A DNA stretch of 64,000 nt from the human T2T-CHM13v2.0 reference genome, Homo sapiens. Shown here in pieces: positions 56,095 through 64,000 of the stretch (its first letter is position 1; the number at the start of each line of letters is the position of its first letter). The stretch lies in the NCBI RefSeq assembly GCF_009914755.1, contig NC_060926.1; one strand, written 5' to 3'. The position numbers and the translations under genes are program-made. The notes below the pieces were generated by a model. That model had not been told where the DNA came from. It did not search any database and saw only the letters and a program-made list of their open reading frames with translations.

Positions 56095-56256
56095 GCAATA
56101 ATTTCCTTGTCAAGGCTGAAATATCACTTGTATAACACAGGAGATACCCATTTCTCAGCTTTGTTAGCAACAACTGTAACCATTTACTTTTTGGTTAAGC
56201 TTGGTTTGTTTTTTATGACATATAGGAAGGTGCTTATAGCTATACTGATCAGGTAG

Positions 56257-56590
<334 letters not shown>

Positions 56591-57186
56591 TAAAAGGGGT
56601 GGGGGCAGGAAGCTGCTGATGCTAATTTGTTGAGAAATCTTGAGTCCAGTGGAGAAATTCAGATCTCTTGCAACCTCCTCAGGTCAGGGAGGGCATGAGA
56701 AGTCATCATTTTATGCATTATTTATTTCCGTAACGGATTTTTACTAATCTCATATTGGATTGTAAAACAAGGCAAAGAAATTTGGTAGTTCTCTGTGACC
56801 CTGAAGAACTGAAATTTAAATTCTTGATTAGAGCAGAGAACTGAAAGCTTTGTGCTGCCCTACTTGTACAAACGTCTTAATGTTTACTGGATAGTTGGAC
56901 CAAATTGATTTTATAATGTAATGTACTTAAGAAATTTGTTCCAAAATTCGGCACAAATTAGGAAAATAACCAAACCATACCTTTCTATTTAATCTTTGCT
57001 TCTCTCAGATACTTACTATTTTCTTGGCTTTTTTGAAGATTAAGACTGAAAGATCACAACTGCATTTCTCACCACTAACACTTCATTGATTTCATTTTTA
57101 CATCTTATTAATTAAATGCAAGAAAAAAATTATATTTGTGATTTTATTTTGGTCTACTACTGACATTCTTTTCTATTTCCACTCAA

Positions 57187-57196
57187 TCTCTCTCTC

Positions 57197-57234
<38 letters not shown>
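57187..57234. repeat. (CT)n(CA)n microsatellite
   Basis: Directly visible. Confidence 0.92.
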
Positions 57235-59204
57235 CTGCCAGACATTTGTAGATATAACCTCCCCCAAATCATGTCATTCATACTAATGACTGCCCTCTCT
57301 ATGTGTAAAAATATTTTATAATTTATGGACCTGGGTGGGGATTTGTACAGCTGTGCAATATTAATCTATACACTGCAGGTTTTGCTAACAGCTGGGCAAA
57401 GGCTGAGGTGAGGTTTTAATGATGTCCTTTAGCCCATCAGTAACCAAATGACCCAGAAAGTGGTTCAGGGGAACCTACCTTGTGCAGCTGTGCTCTTTGA
57501 ATGAATGAATCATGTTAGAATGAAATTCTGGTGTATTTATGGAGAACTTTTTCCTTTGAAGCCTAAACACATTTTGATTGGTCGTATTTAAATTCCAACA
57601 AGCTGAAAAGCAAAAGCATTTATGTCAGTTTCACAGATGAGGCTCCAAGAGGTTAACTGGCGATTACTCTGGAGTTACAGCATCTTAAAGTTGGAAGGGA
57701 CTTTAAAGGGCCTCTGGGCTAATGGTTCTTACCCTTTTCCTGCCTTCACACTGGCTTCAGGCAACAGATCCCCATCAGGCATGTCTCTCACTGCACACAG
57801 ATGTTCACACACTGGGAAAGAATGTGACTCCAAGGAGAGCAGCTCAGAATCTTCAGGCCAGAACATGTGTAATTTGCCACACCAATGTTCTCCATTAAAA
57901 ATTACTACCTCAGTCCACCCCTCTCTTTATCATTTTACACATAAAACATGGCAGCAGAGGGGTAAGGGATTCACTTAAGGTCACATACCAATATGTGTCA
58001 CAACTTGAACTATGTGTGCCTGGGTCTTCTGATCCCCCATGTCCAGTGCTGGTTTTGCTACAGCTGACCAGCCCCTTGCACACTCACAGTAGAACTGGAA
58101 CTAGCTCCTCAAAGAGTGAGGCAGAGCTGGAGACGAGTGCCCCAGGGTCCCCTGCTGCAGGGAATCAAAGACCCCGTCACAATTAGCTTAGTAAAACCAA
58201 CACTATCTGGTGTCCCATATCCGCAAGCACTTAAAATGTCGTTCCAATCTTCAAAGAAATTCTTTCATTCCATTTTTATCTGCTTTTACCCAGGACATTG
58301 TTTCCCAGCTCCCCAGTAGTTCACTAGGTGATTTGCATCTCATTAGAAGCTCCAGAAGTGACATCTCCCAGACTGCTGCCTGGCATTGTGGGTCCCTAAG
58401 CATCAGATCTAGGTCTTGGATTTTCCAAGTTGACACTTTTTTAAAAGCTGAGTTAATGCTGTTTTCCCACTGGGTGCAGTTTGGGTGGCCATTTTCGCCG
58501 TAATTCCTGCTCCCGTGCTGGATCAAGGTTAGGGAACTGCCATTGTCAAAGATGAAGTCAGTCATCTCCACGTGAAAGTACGTGGTGGATGAGAATATTC
58601 TGGGGCCTCAGAATAAAGGAGTTTAAAGACTCCTAAAAATAGAAAGATGCTACATGATGCAGATATTCTGAACACTACACAAAGCAAAACAAAAAGACAG
58701 CAAGACAATAGCAAACCATTGCTGAAGCTGTATAATTGATTCTAAACGTTTGCCTTTTAAACATTTTCCCCTGGATCCAATCCTCCTGAGACCGCAGAGT
58801 TTTTGCCCTACATTTATATTTTGCTTTAAAGATAGTCTCCCTAGGTCAGAATGCCTTTTTGGCTTTGTCATTTCTTCATACTACAACCTCCAGAAGAGCA
58901 CTGAACAGCACTGTACCTCTGGAAACCAGAGATAGTATTTCCATGGTCAGCAAAATTGTTCTCTTGGAATAAGAGAAATGATTTTCCCAGTGTCCAGGGA
59001 AATAAGGAGCCCTTATGTCTACTTTGGGCTCAAGCCATTTGATGCAGCTTCCAGCACAAAGCAAGTGCCTGATGGTGCCTAGAGCTTCCGCCATCCAGAA
59101 TTCCTTTTGTCCAGTGAATACTTCCCTGAGCTTATGCCACCTTTTCAAAATGGCAGATAGCTAATCTGCAGAATTGATCTAAGCTCTTAGGAAAGGGTTA
59201 AGTC

Positions 59205-59400
59205 CATGGTTTTTCCAACACTGGCTACAAATTAAAATCACTGGGAAGGAGGAGGAACTTTGTTTTAAACAAGTAACAATGCCAGAACCCTACCCCTGAC
59301 CAATTAAATTAGGATCTCCAGGGGTGAGGTCATGATATCTGTATTTTTAAAAAGCCCTTCAGATGATTCTAATATGCATCCAGGGTGGAGAACCACTCCA
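59205..59400. mobile_element. MER5B-like MITE
   Basis: catggtttttccaacactggct ... gattctaatatgcatccagggtggagaaccact. Confidence 0.7.
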
Positions 59401-59598
59401 GTATAACAAGAAATACAACAGCCCCTTCGCAGCACCTGCTAATGCCTCTGGCACCATGTTTTATCTTTTCATATATTATCTGTCATTCTCACTACAACCC
59501 TACAAGGAAGGGTCATCATTCCCAAGTGAAGGCCTCTAATAAGTGCTGAGGTGGTTATCATACTCCAGTTTTTCTGACTTCAGATTCCCACCCCAACA

Positions 59599-60110
59599 CA
59601 CGTTTCTCAAAGTGTGGGACATGGGCCACTAGTGGTCACCAAGTTGACTCTTGATGACGTATGGATGTGGCATTAAATAACATAATTCTTTTACATAATT
59701 TCTTATGTAAAATAAAGTTACTTTTTTCAATTCTCAATTTAAATCCTCCAGATTACTTTAAGGAGAAAGTCTTAATGGTGCTAGTATGTCTTAAATTCCT
59801 CTCACATTTACTCATCTCTCTTTTTAACAAGCCTTTTAAGAAACCCAGAACCTTCTATAGGAAATGGAATCTAGCACAAGTGTGATGATACCATTTCACT
59901 TTCACCGTATTTACTATATAGTTCACTTCTATATATGGCAAATGACACTGGTTTTCCATTTACAGTGGCGAATAAAGTTCCAGTTTTAAAGACATGTATT
60001 TAAGCAAAAAAAAAAATCAGTTGAATTTTAAAAATATTAAATAGTAGTACAGGTGAATAAAGTAAAAAATGCCTAAGAGGTAGATACGTGACAAAAGTTT
60101 GAGAAATATT
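59599..60110. mobile_element. Non-autonomous hAT-Charlie element (~510 bp, subfamily uncertain)
   Basis: TIR-like ends tttctcaaagtgtgg / aagtttgagaaa. Confidence 0.55.
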
Positions 60111-60319
60111 CCCCTACAACATGCTAATTTTTAAAACAGGCATACCCACACCTGTTAGCCAACGGGACTGCTCATCTACCATCCTACTCCAATAGACTGG
60201 CAACAACCTGTTCCGTCCACTTTACATCCACTCACGACCTGTGAACTTTGCTGCTGTTTCCAACTGAAGAGGAATCCTGAAACACAAATGGTGAATAAAC
60301 TGGGAGGGTAGGGAACATT

Positions 60320-60965
60320 CAGCCTTTTCAAATAATCAATGGCATGCAAATAGAAACACAAATGAGGTGTTATTTTTGCACCTATTAAATTGTCAGACTT
60401 TTTCTTAAGAACCATCTCATGCTGGTGAGGACCTGCTTAAATGGGTAATATAGGTATAGGTGGCAGAAGTGTATTTTGCTGCACAATTTCTGGATGGCGA
60501 TTGAAAAAAACAAATCATAAGTTTTTAAAATATGCATACCTTTGGCCAGTAATTCTTCTTTTAGAAATTTATCCTAAGGAATAAGGAACATTTGTCAAAC
60601 ACCAAACTATGAGTATGTTCCTCAAAGCACTGTTATTATAGAAAAACATTGGAAACAACTTCTGTGACCAAAATAGGAAATTATATAAATTAATCATGAT
60701 TCATCCATAAAATGAAATACCATGCAAGCATTAGAAGTGATACCATTTAAGCTATCTCTGGAAGACAGATATCTCTGGAAACTTGTCTCAGCAGTTACTA
60801 CTATTGTGGGAATGAGATTGGGTGTGGAAAAAAGACAAACTTTTCACTGCTTAACTTATTTGAACATTAGGTTCATTTATTACCTTTTCAAAAAGTAACT
60901 CTAAAAGAAACATACTATTTTAAAAGTTGCCTAATAGAATGGAAATATTTATGACTTTATTGTTA
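60320..60965 (+). mobile_element. L1ME-type 3' fragment
   Basis: tatgcatacctttggccagtaattcttcttttagaaatttatcctaagg...ttggaaacaact. Confidence 0.7.
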
Positions 60966-63237
60966 AGTGGGGGGGGGGGGGGAGGGGCGGGGAGCCATAA
61001 CCCAAATTAAATGAATGAATGAATTTTTTAGTTAAAAAAAAAAGAATACATATTCCTGTAAAGATATTGAAAGGACAGTAATAAAAAATACTAAGGAACT
61101 TTGTTTTTAGAGACTGATTTCATCTACCTCTTTGAAACGCCTCTGGACAGTTTCCCCAGAGGTATCCCAGGATACGAAAGACCCTCTTCCTATTGGAAGC
61201 CTGGACAAAAACATCCCAATTAACCGTCTGAGAACCAAAGAATAGGCCACATAGATGGAAGAGATCTTAATAAGAATGGTGAATAGTCAGTATTCACTCA
61301 TTCACTCATTCATTCATTCATTCTTCATTCATTCGTCATTTGTTGAGAGTGTGCCAGGCTCTGAGCTATTGGTTTCAGGGGAAGTTATTGCCACCTCCTT
61401 AACTAATAAGTAGAAAATTCCACATAGACAATTTATAACTCCAGCATCTTCCACAGGCACTAATTTAGCTCAGGGATGTTTTCTTTGTAGCAGTTTTGCA
61501 ATTTTGAAGAAGATTGTTCATGACATAACATGGCAAGTGGGAAAATTTGTAGCTTTCCTTTCATCTTAAAAAGCAGGATCTGAATTACATGCACCCCAGG
61601 AGAAAATCTCTCTTTCTGGTTGTGTGTGTATGTGTTTTACAAAAGCCCACTGAATTCCTTAGTTCCTCCTGAAGTTAGACTTGGTGAAGTGAAAACTTAT
61701 GAAAATGTCTCAGCAAAAGTACAAGCATCATAATAGAGGCCATGACCTAGGCCCTGGGATTTTGAATCAAGAATCTTGAGTTATAGCTTAGGGACCTAAG
61801 CTCCTTGAGCCTCAGACCTCTCAGATATAAAAGCAAGGAGCCAGACCACAGAGAATTTTCCTCCATGACATGACTTAAATTTGGAAATCTGAGCTACCAG
61901 GGCATACTTCCCTGTCTCCAATAACCTGAGGATCTGTTAGGCTCTGAGCATTCCTGAAATAGTCCATGCCTCAAGGCATATTAGGGACAAGGGGATTACA
62001 ATACATTTCTTCATTTTTAAGGTGATGTAGATTATTGGTAGACTTTCTGCTGATATGGTTCTTATTGGGAAGGAAAGATTTAATATGGTCAAGCACAATG
62101 GTTCTTAACCTTGACTACACAGTAGAACCACCCAAAGAGATTTGAAAAAAAAAAAAATCCATGTCCAGGCTTTGACCCGGGCATTAGTATTTTAAAAGTT
62201 GAACAACTGGTATCATGTTAAAAAATACTCTCAGTTGGACTTCAAAAACCTGAATTCTCATTTGGGCTTTGCCTCTAACTGTATAATCTCTTAGTCTCAC
62301 TATGCCTCTGTTATCTCTTTAGGGTTATTTGGCCTTGCTAAAATGAGATGAAGTAAACAAAAAGTACTTTGCAAAACAAGAGTTGCTATATAAAAATGAA
62401 ATGGTTAGGGGAAGAGACAGAGAGCCAGAAAAGACAGGTCATGTCTTCAGAAGCTATTTCATGGGAGTATCCACTGGAGTACCATGTGCATGGTCAACCC
62501 TCATTGAGAAGAAAGATTGTCTAGCTGACAGCTGGGTTATTGTCACCTGCAAATGCCCTGAGAACCTTGGTCAGAGGAGTGATGCACCTTTCTTTATGCA
62601 CAGAGTTGGCAGAGCTCTGTAAATTAATTGCACAACTCTAATCCTATTTAAATGCCCCAGGGGTATAGCTTATAACCTCATATAGGATTTGCCATCTGTA
62701 AATCTAGAACACTGAACACTCTGTTTGCTTAAAGGGGATGTTTCATTTGGCAAATGAACCTGAGAACGCCTCATCCACAAAATGGCAATCAGATCAGCAA
62801 TCACACAGCTCAGAAAGTATCCGTACCTGATGAAGGACCACAGGAGGGTGCCAGGGTCTATGGCTCTCCCAGGATATTCTCTCCCTTTCTTCCCAGGACC
62901 CCTGTGCGTTGCCTGCCCATTCCTCAGGAGCCAAGAACGCATTCTGCCCCACCAAGCTGGGGAATACGTGGGCTGCATGCTCCATCCTGCCCTTCCTTGC
63001 AGTTGTCCTTCACTTCCTTCAAGCTTGCTAGGAAATTTACCAGAACTGGCACATCTGTAGCAGGTGATGAAAATGGAAACATTAAGTTTTAGAGGACAGC
63101 GTAGGAGGGGGCATGTGTAGCCAAAATAGCTGCAACTCAGCAAGTCAAATGGAGTAGAAGAAGACATTTTCTTCTTCATCTCTGAAACCTTGGAAGACGA
63201 CAAAAGCCTCATTTGTGACTTACAACTGTGCATGAAT

Positions 63238-63742
<505 letters not shown>

Positions 63743-64000
63743 GCTTGAGTATACTGGCATGTTCAATAAAGAGAAAAGAAAAATTAAATTTACAAACCAG
63801 TTGTTTGAATTTATGTGACAGATTGACTGAATTCAGCTATTTGTCTCTCACCAAGGGCTTGGGCACATGTGCAGCCACAGTGTGACAGTTTGGGATTAGG
63901 AAGTAAGGAGTAGGCATTTGCCAGTGCTCCTGAAATGCTATCCAGATTTCTTCCATTTTCTGACAGATTTAGCTCCAGTTTATTATAAAGTTCTATAACA

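Noticed and set aside
62670-63233. 187-aa minus-strand ORF and overlapping plus-strand ORFs
   Set aside because: No recognisable domain or convincing splice context; stop-free frames of this length arise by chance in GC-moderate sequence

Overview
Human (primate) genomic DNA, rich in repeats. I can find no intact cellular exon, and nearly all ORFs in the supplied track are Alu, L1 or LTR by-products. Main contents: (1) a near-complete Tigger3/Golem DNA transposon with a decayed transposase (~6.18-9.25 kb); (2) a full-length HMGB1 processed pseudogene on the minus strand, with both HMG boxes still in one open frame but the acidic tail frameshifted away (19.2-21.5 kb); (3) a HERV-K provirus with MER11D-like LTRs (probably HML-7), reduced to LTR-env-LTR and nested in an MLT1 LTR inside an L2 (34.7-38.5 kb); (4) two long L1PA elements in inverted, head-to-head orientation (41.65-47.78 kb minus, 49.03-54.73 kb plus); (5) about 18 Alus plus MIR, L2, MER5, MLT and MER53 relics. 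The strongest observation concerns the two inverted L1s. They have different TSDs and divergent 5'UTRs, yet share a ~720-bp tract at ~99% identity and several disabling mutations, which points to repeated arm-to-arm gene conversion and a possible inversion substrate. The second is a ~38-bp insertion at 16.70 kb that looks like a retroposed, A-tailed 5' fragment of tRNA-Glu with a perfect 15-bp TSD. From memory the HMGB1 copy resembles HMGB1P4 in a large MYO3B intron (2q31.1); this locus assignment is unverified.
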